Positions 1-9,032 of a DNA stretch of 37,829 nt are shown here, one piece after another. The stretch's first letter is position 1, and every line of letters starts with the position of its first letter. The notes under the pieces are model-generated. The model saw nothing but the letters and a program-made list of their open reading frames with translations. It did no database searches and was not told the DNA's origin. Where the stretch lies: positions 1 through 37,829 of the forward strand of contig BJHB01000002.1 of NCBI GenBank assembly GCA_014191415.1, given 5' to 3'. This stretch comes from Chloroflexota bacterium. GTDB lineage: Bacteria > Chloroflexota > UBA11872 > UBA12225. The position numbers and the translations under genes were made by a program.

Positions 1-158
1 CCCCATCCGGTCTTCTGGACGACGAGGAGCCGCCCGTCCCCATCGGAGAGGTGGCGGATGGCTTCCCACTGGCCATCGCGGAAGGTGGCGTTTGGGTTGC
101 CTGTGCCGGCGCGAAGGAGGTTGGTGGCGCGGGACTGAAGGGGGTGGGTCGTGACCAT
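1..158 (-). CDS. RecQ-family ATP-dependent DNA helicase, N-terminal fragment (gene continues past window start)
   Basis: Manual reverse translation from ATG at 158-156: MVTTHPLQSRATNLLRAGTGNPNATFRDGQWEAIRHLSDGDGRLLVVQKTGWG. The FRxGQxEAI motif followed by the start of a TGxGKS Walker A at the window edge is the RecQ-like N-terminus. Absent from the ORF track because it is truncated. Confidence 0.55.
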   Translation of the reverse strand, partial: MVTTHPLQSRATNLLRAGTGNPNATFRDGQWEAIRHLSDGDGRLLVVQKTGW

Positions 159-179
159 CTTTGTCTGGGTTGTGTTTGG

Positions 180-1064
180 CTACGACTTTACGGCGCCGGC
201 AGTCATGCCCACGACAATCTGGCGTTGCACCAGGACGGTGACGATCAGGACTGGAAGAGTCACGAGGATGGCGGCTGCAGCCAAAGGCCCGAAGGCGAGG
301 CGTTCGAAGGTCAGGGTGTTGAAGACCAGGACCGGCAAGGTACGTGTCTCGCGCCCGGCAAGGACGACGGCGAAGATGAAGTTGTTCCACGAAAAGATGA
401 AGGCGAGGAGCGAGGCAACAACAATTCCTGGCCTGCCAAGCGGTAACGCCACGTGCCAGAAAGCCTGCCAAGGGCTGGCTCCATCGACGGCAGCGGCTTC
501 TTCGAGGTCGCGTGGAAGCCCGTCAAAGAAGCCAACCATCACCCAGATTACGACTGGCAAGCCGATGACGAGGTGTGTGATGACGAGGGCGGTCAATGTG
601 TTGTTCAAGCCAATCGCCCGGAACATGATGAACCAGGGGATCAGGTAGGAGAGGGCAGGAGTCATGCGGGCGATGAGGATAAAGCCAAGCATGCCCCGTT
701 GTTGCGATTTGGCGATGCCGTAGCCAGCCGGGACACCCAGGATCAGGGCGATCAATGTTGATCCGCCAGCAACGACCGCAGAATTCATGGTGTACCGACC
801 GATTGGACTTCCGTCGAGAATCTGCCGGAAGCTGTCGAGGGTCGGACTGCGTGGGATGAAGATTGGGGGATAGGCGGTGTTTTCCACGTCTGGCTTGAGG
901 GCGAGGGAAAGCATCCAGAGGAAGACGAACAGTGCCGGCATGACCAGGACGAACACTGCGACGCCAAGGATGAGGCCTCTGCGGGCCTGCGCCCAGAGGC
1001 GAGGCCACGGAGAGAGTGATCGGAGAGGGGCCACGGACGGCCCAACGGCCTGCATCACGTCCAT
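180..1064 (-). CDS. carbohydrate (CUT1) ABC transporter permease, MalG-like
   Basis: 294-aa ORF, multi-TM, with EAA-type loop DGLPRDLEEAAAVDGASPWQAFWHVALP. Start is ATG 1064 or ATG 1055; the latter overlaps the upstream TGA by 1 nt (TGATG). Confidence 0.9.
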   Translation of the reverse strand: MDVMQAVGPSVAPLRSLSPWPRLWAQARRGLILGVAVFVLVMPALFVFLWMLSLALKPDVENTAYPPIFIPRSPTLDSFRQILDGSPIGRYTMNSAVVAGGSTLIALILGVPAGYGIAKSQQRGMLGFILIARMTPALSYLIPWFIMFRAIGLNNTLTALVITHLVIGLPVVIWVMVGFFDGLPRDLEEAAAVDGASPWQAFWHVALPLGRPGIVVASLLAFIFSWNNFIFAVVLAGRETRTLPVLVFNTLTFERLAFGPLAAAAILVTLPVLIVTVLVQRQIVVGMTAGAVKS

Positions 1065-1909
1065 CGAGTGCGTTCCCTGAGTGCAAGTGCACCGAGACTG
1101 AGGGCGACGATCATCACGAAGAAGATGACGACAATCGCCGATGCCTGCCCAATCTGGTAGAAGCTGAACGCTTTCAGATAGAGGTAGATATTCAGCGTTT
1201 CAGACGCGGTGCCTGGGCCACCTTGCGTGATCGTGAAGATCAAGTCGAACGCCTTTAGCGCATCTATGGTGCGCAGGACCACGGCGACGAGAATGACGGG
1301 CATCACCAACGGCAGGGTGATGTATACGAAGGTCTGCCATGGCTGGGCACCGTCAATGCGCGCAGACTCATACGGTTCCACCGGCAAGGTAGCCAAGCCC
1401 CCCAGCACAATCAGCATCACGAGGGGCGTCCATTGCCATGTCTCGACCATTGCGAGGGCAGGCAGGACAGTGTTGGGCGAGTAAACCCAGAGGGACGGAG
1501 GCAGTCCGACACTTTTCAGGAGGTAGTTGAGCACACCAAGCTGCGGGTGAAACATCATGGCCCAGACGAGTGCGACGGCGACAGGAGTGGCCATCATTGG
1601 CATGATGAAGATGCCGCGGAGGAGTCCCCGAAGAGGGAACTCATGGTGGAAAACGGTGGCCGCAGCGGTTCCGAGGATGACCGGCAGCGTGACCGAAAAG
1701 ACGGCGTAGAGGCCCGTGCGCCAGATGGCAGCGATGAACCGTCGGTCGGCGAATGCACTGACGTAGTTGTCGAGTCCAATGAACGTTTGCGCACCCGTGA
1801 TCTGCCAGTCGTGCAGGCTCATGTAGATGGTGAACATCCACGGGAAGATGATGATCGCGACAGTGACGATCACCGCAGGGGCGATGAACCAGAGGTAGCG
1901 CGTGCCCAT
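1055..1909 (-). CDS. carbohydrate (CUT1) ABC transporter permease, MalF-like
   Basis: ORF 1055..1984. The conserved part starts at MGTRYLWFIAP (ATG 1909). EAA loop ESARIDGAQPWQTFVYITLP; six hydrophobic segments. Confidence 0.9.
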   Translation of the reverse strand: MGTRYLWFIAPAVIVTVAIIIFPWMFTIYMSLHDWQITGAQTFIGLDNYVSAFADRRFIAAIWRTGLYAVFSVTLPVILGTAAATVFHHEFPLRGLLRGIFIMPMMATPVAVALVWAMMFHPQLGVLNYLLKSVGLPPSLWVYSPNTVLPALAMVETWQWTPLVMLIVLGGLATLPVEPYESARIDGAQPWQTFVYITLPLVMPVILVAVVLRTIDALKAFDLIFTITQGGPGTASETLNIYLYLKAFSFYQIGQASAIVVIFFVMIVALSLGALALRERTRWT

Positions 1910-2017
1910 GGCCCGGCCCTCCTGGCTCCGGTGCTGAGGTGAAGGACCCGGGGTCCGGCGACGTGTAACGCGCCAGACCCCCATTGCGGTTATGAATACA
2001 AGTCTCTGCGGGTGTGG

Positions 2018-3478
2018 CTATCCCTTGATTGACTTCTCGAGGACAGGTTTGAACTCTTCGGTTGCTTTGGTGAGTTCAGCCTTCGGATCGGCGCCGCTGA
2101 TCATGTTGGTCAGGGCGACGCCGAAGATGTCTCGGAACTCGGTGACGGGAATGATCTCGGGCAACCCCGGGCGTCCAACCTTCGTGCTAGCGACGAGGGT
2201 GTCGAACCACTCCTTCGGAACAGTCAGGTTCTTCGTGGCGTCGGGGCTGGTGTAGGCTGACTGGCGTGCCGGCGACCCGCCGCCTGATGAGAGGAGGCGT
2301 GCCTGATTGGCCTTGTTGGTTGCCCACTGCAGGTATAGCCAGGCTGGCCCCTTCTTCTTTGAGGCGTTCGTAATACCTATGCCATCGCCGAACATGGCGG
2401 CATGCTGCGCCTTCGGGCCCTTGGGTGTGAGGATGTAACCGACCTTGCCTACCACCTTGGACTTGGTTGCGTCCTCGAGGGGGGTTGCGAAACCGATACC
2501 GTCGTACCACAGTCCGACGGTTCCCTGCATGAAGGCAGTCTGGCACTCATTCCAGTTGAACCCTGCGACGCCCTCGGGGGAGTACTTGCTGAGAAGGTCC
2601 TTGTAGAGCGCGGCGGCGGCGATTGCCTCCTCGGTGGTTGTCTTCAGCGACATGTCCTTCGGGTCAAGTGTGTCCGCGCCCCATCCATGGAGGAACCCTG
2701 TCCAGACGGGCACATTTGCATTCTTCAGGCCACGGGCCGCGAAACCGTAGACGCCACCCTTGGGATCATGGATTGCCTTGGCGGCAGCGACCATCTCGTC
2801 ATGAGTTTGAGGGGGCTTGAGACCCTTCTTCTCGAAGATCTCCTTGTTGTAGTAGAGGATCCAGAAGTCGAGGTTATTGGGCATGGTGTCCATGCGACCG
2901 TCGGACTGCGTGCTATAGCTGACGCTGGGTTTGCCGAAGTCGTCGAATGCGAGGTCGGGAGTGGTCATCGACGCGTCTTTAAGCAGGGGATTCAGGTCGA
3001 GCATCCACTTCCCCTTCCCAACCAAGCTCTTCTGGACGTGCAACGAAATCTGAGTGATGTCGAAACTCGGATTGCCCGAGGTGAACTCGATCACGGTCTT
3101 CTGACGCTGCTGCTGCTCGGGGACTACGTCGGCCTCGACCTTGATGCCAGTGAGTTCCTCGAACTCCTTCTGATTCTTGGTGAGGACGTCGGCGCGCGGA
3201 CTGGTGACAAGCAACACGCTGAGCGACTCGCCCTTGTATTTCTTCCAGTCGAAACCACCACCGGCTGCTGCTGCCGGGGCGGCTGTAGGAGCGGCGGCGG
3301 GTTTGGTTGCAGCGGCTGCAGCGGTAGGGGCCGGCGCAGGTGCTGTAGTTGGTGCGGCGGCTGGGGCAGTCTCACCTCCACATGCGGCGAGGCCGCCAGT
3401 CATTCCGACTAGAGCTGCGGCCTGCGCAAACAGCCGGCGCCGACTCTTGGAGGATGGTGCGGTCTCGTGCGTCGCCAT
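2018..3478 (-). CDS. ABC transporter extracellular solute-binding lipoprotein (family 1, sugar)
   Basis: 486-aa ORF. Signal peptide with lipobox GGLAAC, followed by a long Ala/Pro-rich tether and then a typical family-1 SBP body. Same strand and adjacent to the two permeases. Confidence 0.88.
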   Translation of the reverse strand: MATHETAPSSKSRRRLFAQAAALVGMTGGLAACGGETAPAAAPTTAPAPAPTAAAAATKPAAAPTAAPAAAAGGGFDWKKYKGESLSVLLVTSPRADVLTKNQKEFEELTGIKVEADVVPEQQQRQKTVIEFTSGNPSFDITQISLHVQKSLVGKGKWMLDLNPLLKDASMTTPDLAFDDFGKPSVSYSTQSDGRMDTMPNNLDFWILYYNKEIFEKKGLKPPQTHDEMVAAAKAIHDPKGGVYGFAARGLKNANVPVWTGFLHGWGADTLDPKDMSLKTTTEEAIAAAALYKDLLSKYSPEGVAGFNWNECQTAFMQGTVGLWYDGIGFATPLEDATKSKVVGKVGYILTPKGPKAQHAAMFGDGIGITNASKKKGPAWLYLQWATNKANQARLLSSGGGSPARQSAYTSPDATKNLTVPKEWFDTLVASTKVGRPGLPEIIPVTEFRDIFGVALTNMISGADPKAELTKATEEFKPVLEKSIKG

Positions 3479-3536
3479 GTGACTCCCGCTCCCGGTGCGT
3501 CATTCCTGACGAGGTCGCACCGAATCTTGCAAATCC

Positions 3537-3565
3537 ATCGTAACGTCTCGTGGACGCACACGCAA
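3537..3565 (-). promoter_or_regulatory. possible internal promoter between the two SBP genes
   Basis: On the minus strand: TTGCGT, 17-nt spacer, TACGAT, about 60 nt upstream of ATG 3478. Confidence 0.3.
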
Positions 3566-3623
3566 TCAATCGATGGTTTTCGCGATTCTGACTGGTGGAA
3601 GGATGCGCGGATATATTTCCGAT

Positions 3624-5030
3624 CTACTTCACCCCCTGCTTTGCCCACCAGGCGTCGAGGACCGACTGGATGCGGGGTTGCAGGATTTCCAGGGCTTCCT
3701 TGGCGGGGAGGGTGCCGAATCGCATCCGGTCGAGTGTGCGCGACAGGTCGGCCTCGCGGTCGAGGACGGCCTCGGTGACGGCGCCGACAAGATTGATCGT
3801 CGATCCCTCGATGGCTTTCAGGAAAGCGTCGGCGTTGGCCACGTTGTAGCGCTGGGTCGCAAGTGGAAGCCAGAACCGGCGGTTGGTGTCGGGAACGTTG
3901 CACATCCGTCCGCCCTCGGCGATGCGCTTCTGTCCGGCGTCACCGGCAATCCACTTCATCAGGCCCCACGCGGCATCGGGAACCTTGGACGCCTTGGTCA
4001 TCACCTGCCCCTCCACGAGGTTCAAATGGACCTTCTTGCCGGTCCGGCCGGTCGGCAACACCTGCACATCAAACGCGGTGCCTCCCGGACGCTTTGCCTT
4101 GTCACCCCACATGCGGGGCAGGAACCACGGCCCCTCGACCTTCATGGCGACGTTCCCGAACTCGAGACGGTTTGCCTCCGGATTCTGTTCGAGGGTGGCC
4201 TGCGTGGGTGCGACCTTGAGGGTGTATTGCGTGTCGAACAACTGGTATTGGAGGGCCTCGGCGATCTCCGGTGCCGTCCAGTTGGCTTGCTTCGGTTCGG
4301 CGATGCGGTCCCACTCGAGGCGACCGTTCATGCGCCACCATGGCGTGTTCCGCAAGTAGCCGGGGTTCCACTGGTAGCCGTACACGGGGCCACGATCGGT
4401 GGTCCCGGTCAGTTTCCGGGCGGTCTCCTGGAAGTCGGTGATGGTCCAGTCCGGTTTGGGATACGTGACGCCGGCACGGTCGAAGTGTTCCTTCACATAG
4501 AACATCACCATCGTGCCGATGTTCGATGGCGAGAGGTAGCGCTTGGCACGGAACTTGGTCTGGAGTTCGTAGGCGTCATCGTTCGGCCAGGGCGCGGTCC
4601 ACTTGTCGCGCGCGGCCCGGTCATCAAGTTCCTGCAAGGCACCGGAGACGGCGTAGGACTGCCACTGCCATCCCTGGAAGTAGGCCAGGTCTGGAGGGTT
4701 TCCGGATGCCACGCCACTCTGGAACTTGTCGTAATACCCCGGATTGCCGTTGCCGTTCACCTGGTGGTCGTTGGCAACCTTCACATTCGGGTTGGCGGCG
4801 GTGTAATCGGCGGCAATGGCGTCGTAGACATCCTTGTCCTGGATGTCATCCCACACCTGCATCCTGATGGTGACCGGCGGGATGGCGGTGGGACTGAATG
4901 GCAGGGAGATATCGGCCGGGCTGCAGGCGGTGGCGAGGGCGGTCGAGGCAACAGTGGATCCGAGGGTCGCCTGCCGGAAGAGGCCTCGCCGTGTGGTTCC
5001 GTTGCCCCGGAATGAACCCTGCATCGCCAT
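3624..5030 (-). CDS. ABC transporter extracellular solute-binding lipoprotein (family 1), second paralogue
   Basis: 468-aa ORF. Tat-like TRRGLFRQA motif plus lipobox LATAC, then an SBP_bac_1-like body (WQWQSYA, KVEGPWF). Confidence 0.85.
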   Translation of the reverse strand: MAMQGSFRGNGTTRRGLFRQATLGSTVASTALATACSPADISLPFSPTAIPPVTIRMQVWDDIQDKDVYDAIAADYTAANPNVKVANDHQVNGNGNPGYYDKFQSGVASGNPPDLAYFQGWQWQSYAVSGALQELDDRAARDKWTAPWPNDDAYELQTKFRAKRYLSPSNIGTMVMFYVKEHFDRAGVTYPKPDWTITDFQETARKLTGTTDRGPVYGYQWNPGYLRNTPWWRMNGRLEWDRIAEPKQANWTAPEIAEALQYQLFDTQYTLKVAPTQATLEQNPEANRLEFGNVAMKVEGPWFLPRMWGDKAKRPGGTAFDVQVLPTGRTGKKVHLNLVEGQVMTKASKVPDAAWGLMKWIAGDAGQKRIAEGGRMCNVPDTNRRFWLPLATQRYNVANADAFLKAIEGSTINLVGAVTEAVLDREADLSRTLDRMRFGTLPAKEALEILQPRIQSVLDAWWAKQGVK

Positions 5031-5244
5031 TGCTGTGTTCCTTGCCCCGCCACGCCGCCCCTGACCGGGAGACGATTCGTTTCATGACGGGCATTCGTGA
5101 AATTGCCTGTCGTTCCAAGTATCGCCGGGACCGATGGGAGGCTATCGTTACGAGGGACCAGATGAGACGGTGTCGGCGCGACGCACGGCTGCTTGCGTGT
5201 TTGCGAAGCGACGCGGTCGGGTGACCAACAGGGAGATCGGGCCG

Positions 5245-5718
5245 ATGAGCGAACAGGATCAGATGAATGCCTTGGCAGCGCAGTTGCCAATCGGGGCACA
5301 CGCGTTGCATGGCGTCCTTTCAGGCGGACAGCCGGAACCGGAACACGTCGCCCTCCTGGCGGCGGCGCACATCCACACCGTGCTTGATCTCCGGTTGCCG
5401 GAGGAAGAGCGTGGGTACGACGAGGCGGCAACGGTCGCGCATGCAGGGATGGAGTACCTGAACATCCCGGTCGGGCCGGCCGGTCCCGATGATGCGGCGT
5501 ACGACAAGGCCCGTGAGGTCCTCCGCGATGCCGGACGACGCCCAATCCTGATCCATTGCAAGAGTGCAAACCGGGTTGGTGCCGTGGTTCTGCCCTACCT
5601 CATCCTTGACGAAGGTCATTCCGAGGCGGAAGCCGTGGAGATTGCGACGGCGGCGGGCCTGAAGGTGCCGGCACTGCGGGAGTCGGCCATGGCCTACGTG
5701 GCGAGGCACCGGGGCTAG
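5245..5718 (+). CDS. DUF442 / TIGR01244-like phosphatase-fold protein (beta-lactamase hydrolase-like, Cys-loop HCKSANRVG)
   Basis: ORF 5134..5718. Likely start is ATG 5245 (MSEQDQ), preceded by GGGAGA 8 nt upstream. Pattern GQP..L...hi.TVLDLR..EE, YLNIPV and HCxSxNR match the DUF442 family. Confidence 0.7.
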   Translation: MSEQDQMNALAAQLPIGAHALHGVLSGGQPEPEHVALLAAAHIHTVLDLRLPEEERGYDEAATVAHAGMEYLNIPVGPAGPDDAAYDKAREVLRDAGRRPILIHCKSANRVGAVVLPYLILDEGHSEAEAVEIATAAGLKVPALRESAMAYVARHRG

Positions 5719-5745
5719 TCGCGCCAAGCCATCACGCGGTCGGCA

Positions 5746-5793
5746 GTAGCCTGTGATTGACGGAGGGTAGTGGCACAGGATCGCTACCCTCCG
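5746..5793 (+). promoter_or_regulatory. two mutually exclusive hairpins upstream of the LysE exporter gene
   Basis: Perfect 10-bp stem CGGAGGGTAG (5761-70) / CTACCCTCCG (5784-93). Alternative pairing is GTAGCCTGTG (5746-55) with CACAGG..GCTAC (5774-87), which uses the same CTAC. Confidence 0.35.
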
Positions 5794-5815
5794 GAGCGAT
5801 GATAGACAGCTCGCG

Positions 5816-6442
5816 GTGATGGATAGCCTGATCGGTTTTGCCGTGGTGGCCGGCATGCTGACCATGCTGCCTGGCCTCGACACGGCGCAGGTGCTGCGGT
5901 CGGCGACGCTTGGCGGACCGCGCATGGCCTACGCGACCCTTGCCGGGATCCTCGGGGGTGTCTTCGTCTGGGGAGTCGGCGCCTCGGTAGGCATCGGTGC
6001 CCTGCTTGAGGCATCGCGGACGGCGTATGACGCGCTGCGACTCGCGGGCGCGGGATACCTGCTGCACACTGGCGGTCGGATCCTTTGGGACGCGCGTCGA
6101 CCAGTGGAGTCGACCGACTTCGGTGCTGGCGACGGCAAACGTGTGGGGTGGGTGACCACCTTTGCACGCGCGTTGATTGTCACGCTGACAAACCCGAAGG
6201 TCGGCCTGTTCTACGTGGCGATGCTTCCGCCGTTCCTTCCGGAGGGCGTGCCTCCGGTTCTTGGGGGACTGGTGCTGGCGGGAACCCACAACCTCGAGGC
6301 GATTGCGTGGTATGGCGCCCTGATCTGGGGGGCAAACCTGGCCCGGGAAATGTTTGCGCGTCCGCGGGTGCGCCAGTGGATGGAACTGGTGTCTGGCATG
6401 GCGCTTGTGGGGTTCGGGTTACGGGTGGCGTTCGACAGGTAG
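5816..6442 (+). CDS. LysE/RhtB-family amino-acid exporter
   Basis: 208-aa ORF with N-terminal FAVVAGMLTMLPGLDTAQVL and TNPKVGLFYVAMLPPF motifs and about 6 TM segments. GTG 5816 or ATG 5819 start. Confidence 0.85.
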   Translation: MMDSLIGFAVVAGMLTMLPGLDTAQVLRSATLGGPRMAYATLAGILGGVFVWGVGASVGIGALLEASRTAYDALRLAGAGYLLHTGGRILWDARRPVESTDFGAGDGKRVGWVTTFARALIVTLTNPKVGLFYVAMLPPFLPEGVPPVLGGLVLAGTHNLEAIAWYGALIWGANLAREMFARPRVRQWMELVSGMALVGFGLRVAFDR

Positions 6443-6458
6443 TTCGGGGCGCGGGTCG

Positions 6459-8585
6459 TCAGAGTTGCTCGCGCAACTGGGCGATGACCGACGTGGTGAT
6501 GCCAGGGACGGTGAGGAGTTCGGCGTCGGTGGCGGCCTTGATGCCGGCAAGGCTGCCAAACCGAAGCATCAGTGCCTTCTTTCGCTTTGGTCCGACCCCA
6601 TCGACACGGTCTAGGCGGCTGCCAATCTGCCGTTTGCTTCGAACCAACTGGTGGTAGGTCACGGCGAACCGGTGCGCCTCGTCGCGGATCCTCTGGACCA
6701 GGTAGAGGGCCTGGGAGGTGCGGGGCAGAAGGACTGCCTGGCTGTAGCCGGGACGGAAGAGTTCCTCGTACTGCTTGGCGAGGCCAACGATCGGCAGGCC
6801 TCCGGTGCCAACGGCAACCCCGAGGGTTTCCAGTGCCTCGACGGCGGCCCCGAGTTGGCCCTTTCCTCCATCGATGATGACAAGGTCCGGCCAGACACCC
6901 CACCCCTTGCCGTCCGACGATGGCGAGGTATCGACATCGGTCTGGTCGCCGGGACCATCGTCATCGAGCGCAAGGAGACCGGCTTCGCCGGCATCTTCGG
7001 GCAGGGAAACGGTGTCGTCCAAGACCTCCGATGTTGGACGGGATTGCGCGCCTAACCCCCCGGCCCCGTTCCCGGCGCGGGACGCGGGTGAGAGGTCACC
7101 TGCACTCGCTGTCTCGGGGTTCGGTTTAACGGCGATGGGAGAGGTTCCCTCCACTTCAGTCGCGTTCCCCGGGTCACTGGCGGGGGACGGCCGCAGTTCG
7201 ACCTGCGAGGCAGCTTGGGCACGGCGGAAGCGGCGTTCGATGACTTCGTACATGGACTTGAAGTCGTCGTTCTGGTCGCCGGCCTTCATCTTGAAGCGTC
7301 GGTAGGCGTGCCGGGCCGGCTTGCCGTCCTCGAAGACGACCATCGAGGCGACGGTGCTTGTGCCCTGCACATGGGAGATGTCGTAGCACTCGATGCGACG
7401 GGGCGAATCGGAGAGGTTGAGGCCCTCGGCGAGTTCGCGCAGGGCCTCGGTGGTCTTGCGCCGGTCGGCTAGCCACTCCACCTGCATGCGCTTGAGCGCC
7501 AGGGTGGCGTTCTTGTCGACGAGGTCGAGGAGGTCCTTCTTTGGGCCACGCTGCGGTACCTCGAAATGGACGGCACCGCCGCGACGGGTTGCCATCCATT
7601 CGCGCAGGGTCTTTTCGCCCATCGGCGACGCCTGGACGAGGACGAGCGGGGGGACGAAGGTGGCGCGTTCATAGTATTGCTGCACAAACTGCGCAACGAT
7701 CTCGCCCGCCTCGGCCCCGGCGGTGTCGGAAAGGACGAACTCTTCGCGACCGACCACGTTGTCGTCGCGGACGGTGAAGACCTGCACGACGACTTCGTCA
7801 CCATCGGCGGCGTAGGCGATGGCATCGAGGTCTCCCCGACCGACAGAGGTGATGCGCTGTTTCTCGATGACCTGTTCGGCGGCACGGATGCGATCGCGAA
7901 GGGCGGCGGCCCGCTCGAACTGGAGGTCGCCGGCAGCGGCTTCCATTGCCATGCGCAGGCTGTCCAGGGCATTGCGCCCGCGTCCTTCCATGAAATGGAT
8001 CAGGTCCTGGACCGATGCGCGGTAGGCAGTCTCGTCGATTGCCCGCACGCATGGCGCGCTGCACCGCTTGATATGGAAAAGCAGACACGCACGCTGGTAG
8101 GTGCGATCCATGTCCAGGGTGCAGGTCCGGAACTGGAAGAGGCGCTGGAGGTGCTTGACGGTCTCACGGAGCGCTGTCGGATCGGAGTAGGGACCGAAGT
8201 AGCGGGAACCATCGTGACTGGTGCGACGCGCGGTGCTGATGCGCGGGTACCGCTGGTTCATTGAGATCTTGAGGTAGAGGTACTGCTTGTCGTCGCGCAA
8301 CTTGATGTTGTAGCGCGGGTGGTGCTCCTTGAGGAGGTTGTTCTCCAGGATCAGGGCTTCCTGTTCGGTGGCCGTGACTATCCAGTCGAATGACGCGATG
8401 CGTGCGACGAGATGCTGCACCTTGATGCCGAGGTCGTCCTGCTTCTGGAAGTACGACCTGACCCGGTTGCGGAGGACACCGGCCTTGCCGACATAGAGGA
8501 TGCGTCCTTGCGGATCGCGCATGAGGTAGACGCCGGGTTGGGTGGGGACCAGGCGCAGGCGGGCCTTGAGGTCGGCAAAGGGCAT
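6459..8585 (-). CDS. uvrC: excinuclease ABC subunit C
   Basis: GIY-YIG N-terminus (PGVYLMRDPQGRILYVGKAGVLRNRVRSYF), UVR domain (AAALRDRIRAAE), endonuclease motif PDLVIIDGGKGQL and C-terminal (HhH)2. ORF track extends to 8906, but the family N-terminus aligns with MPFADLKARLRLVP (ATG 8585). Confidence 0.93.
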   Translation of the reverse strand: MPFADLKARLRLVPTQPGVYLMRDPQGRILYVGKAGVLRNRVRSYFQKQDDLGIKVQHLVARIASFDWIVTATEQEALILENNLLKEHHPRYNIKLRDDKQYLYLKISMNQRYPRISTARRTSHDGSRYFGPYSDPTALRETVKHLQRLFQFRTCTLDMDRTYQRACLLFHIKRCSAPCVRAIDETAYRASVQDLIHFMEGRGRNALDSLRMAMEAAAGDLQFERAAALRDRIRAAEQVIEKQRITSVGRGDLDAIAYAADGDEVVVQVFTVRDDNVVGREEFVLSDTAGAEAGEIVAQFVQQYYERATFVPPLVLVQASPMGEKTLREWMATRRGGAVHFEVPQRGPKKDLLDLVDKNATLALKRMQVEWLADRRKTTEALRELAEGLNLSDSPRRIECYDISHVQGTSTVASMVVFEDGKPARHAYRRFKMKAGDQNDDFKSMYEVIERRFRRAQAASQVELRPSPASDPGNATEVEGTSPIAVKPNPETASAGDLSPASRAGNGAGGLGAQSRPTSEVLDDTVSLPEDAGEAGLLALDDDGPGDQTDVDTSPSSDGKGWGVWPDLVIIDGGKGQLGAAVEALETLGVAVGTGGLPIVGLAKQYEELFRPGYSQAVLLPRTSQALYLVQRIRDEAHRFAVTYHQLVRSKRQIGSRLDRVDGVGPKRKKALMLRFGSLAGIKAATDAELLTVPGITTSVIAQLREQL

Positions 8586-8675
8586 CAGGCAGGGACTGCG
8601 CGGTTCGTTCGGTGCATTGCCGGGCAGGGGGGCGGGTGCTGGTTCCACGGTGTCCATGCGTTGTGGTGCGCTTGG

Positions 8676-8753
8676 CCCACCCCATTGCCCGAGATTGGAA
8701 GGCGCTTCGCTTGGCCCCTCCTGATGCCCCAGACTGGTAGATGCTTCGCTTGG
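8676..8753 (+). repeat. tandem array, 2 x 39 nt of the same repeat family, with partial flanking units
   Basis: CCCACCCCATTGCCCGAGATTGGAAGGCGCTTCGCTTGG (8676-8714) and CCCCTCCTGATGCCCCAGACTGGTAGATGCTTCGCTTGG (8715-8753). Both end in GCTTCGCTTGG and share the CCCCAT.GCCC / CCTGAT / CCAGAC blocks with the 32305 array. Confidence 0.75.
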
Positions 8754-9032
8754 TTCACCCGGACGTACCGGCTTCTTCGGGTTTGCCCCCGTGGTCATCG
8801 TGCCTGTCGCATCCGGGGCAATCGTACCGCGCGTCTCGCCTGGTGCCTCGTCGTTGTGGTGGGACAGGGATCGAACCGGGGTTCGTGTCCCGTCCATAGT
8901 GCCCATGAACGGTTACAAACAAACGGTGTTGCAAGGTCCATGCCTATACTTGCAGATTGGTGACAGAGTTCCGATGGTGCCGGTGTGGTCGGCTATCGTC
9001 CGGGGTTAGCGGGTGAGGGAACGGATCGCGGC

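Noticed and set aside
3573-5015. 480-aa plus-strand ORF
   Set aside because: Entirely antisense to the well-supported SBP gene 3624..5030. Gly/Arg/Val/Leu-rich with no motifs, which makes it a typical shadow ORF of high-GC DNA.
5816-5827. Identical 12-mer GTGATGGATAGC at the starts of the LysE gene and of ATPase 1 (17810-17821)
   Set aside because: Both simply encode (M)MDS, and there is no extended similarity upstream or downstream. Treated as coincidence.
8861-8896. tRNA-like T-arm string GGGATCGAACCGGGGTTCG
   Set aside because: It folds as a simple extended hairpin (GGGACA..CGAAC-CGGG-GTTCG..TGTCCC). I could not build an acceptor stem, D arm or anticodon arm on either strand.
8586-8906. 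107-codon N-terminal extension of uvrC in the ORF track
   Set aside because: The canonical UvrC N-terminus (M....L..L...PGVY) starts at ATG 8585. The extension is low-complexity and consists largely of the antisense translation of the extragenic repeat array. Not fully excluded.
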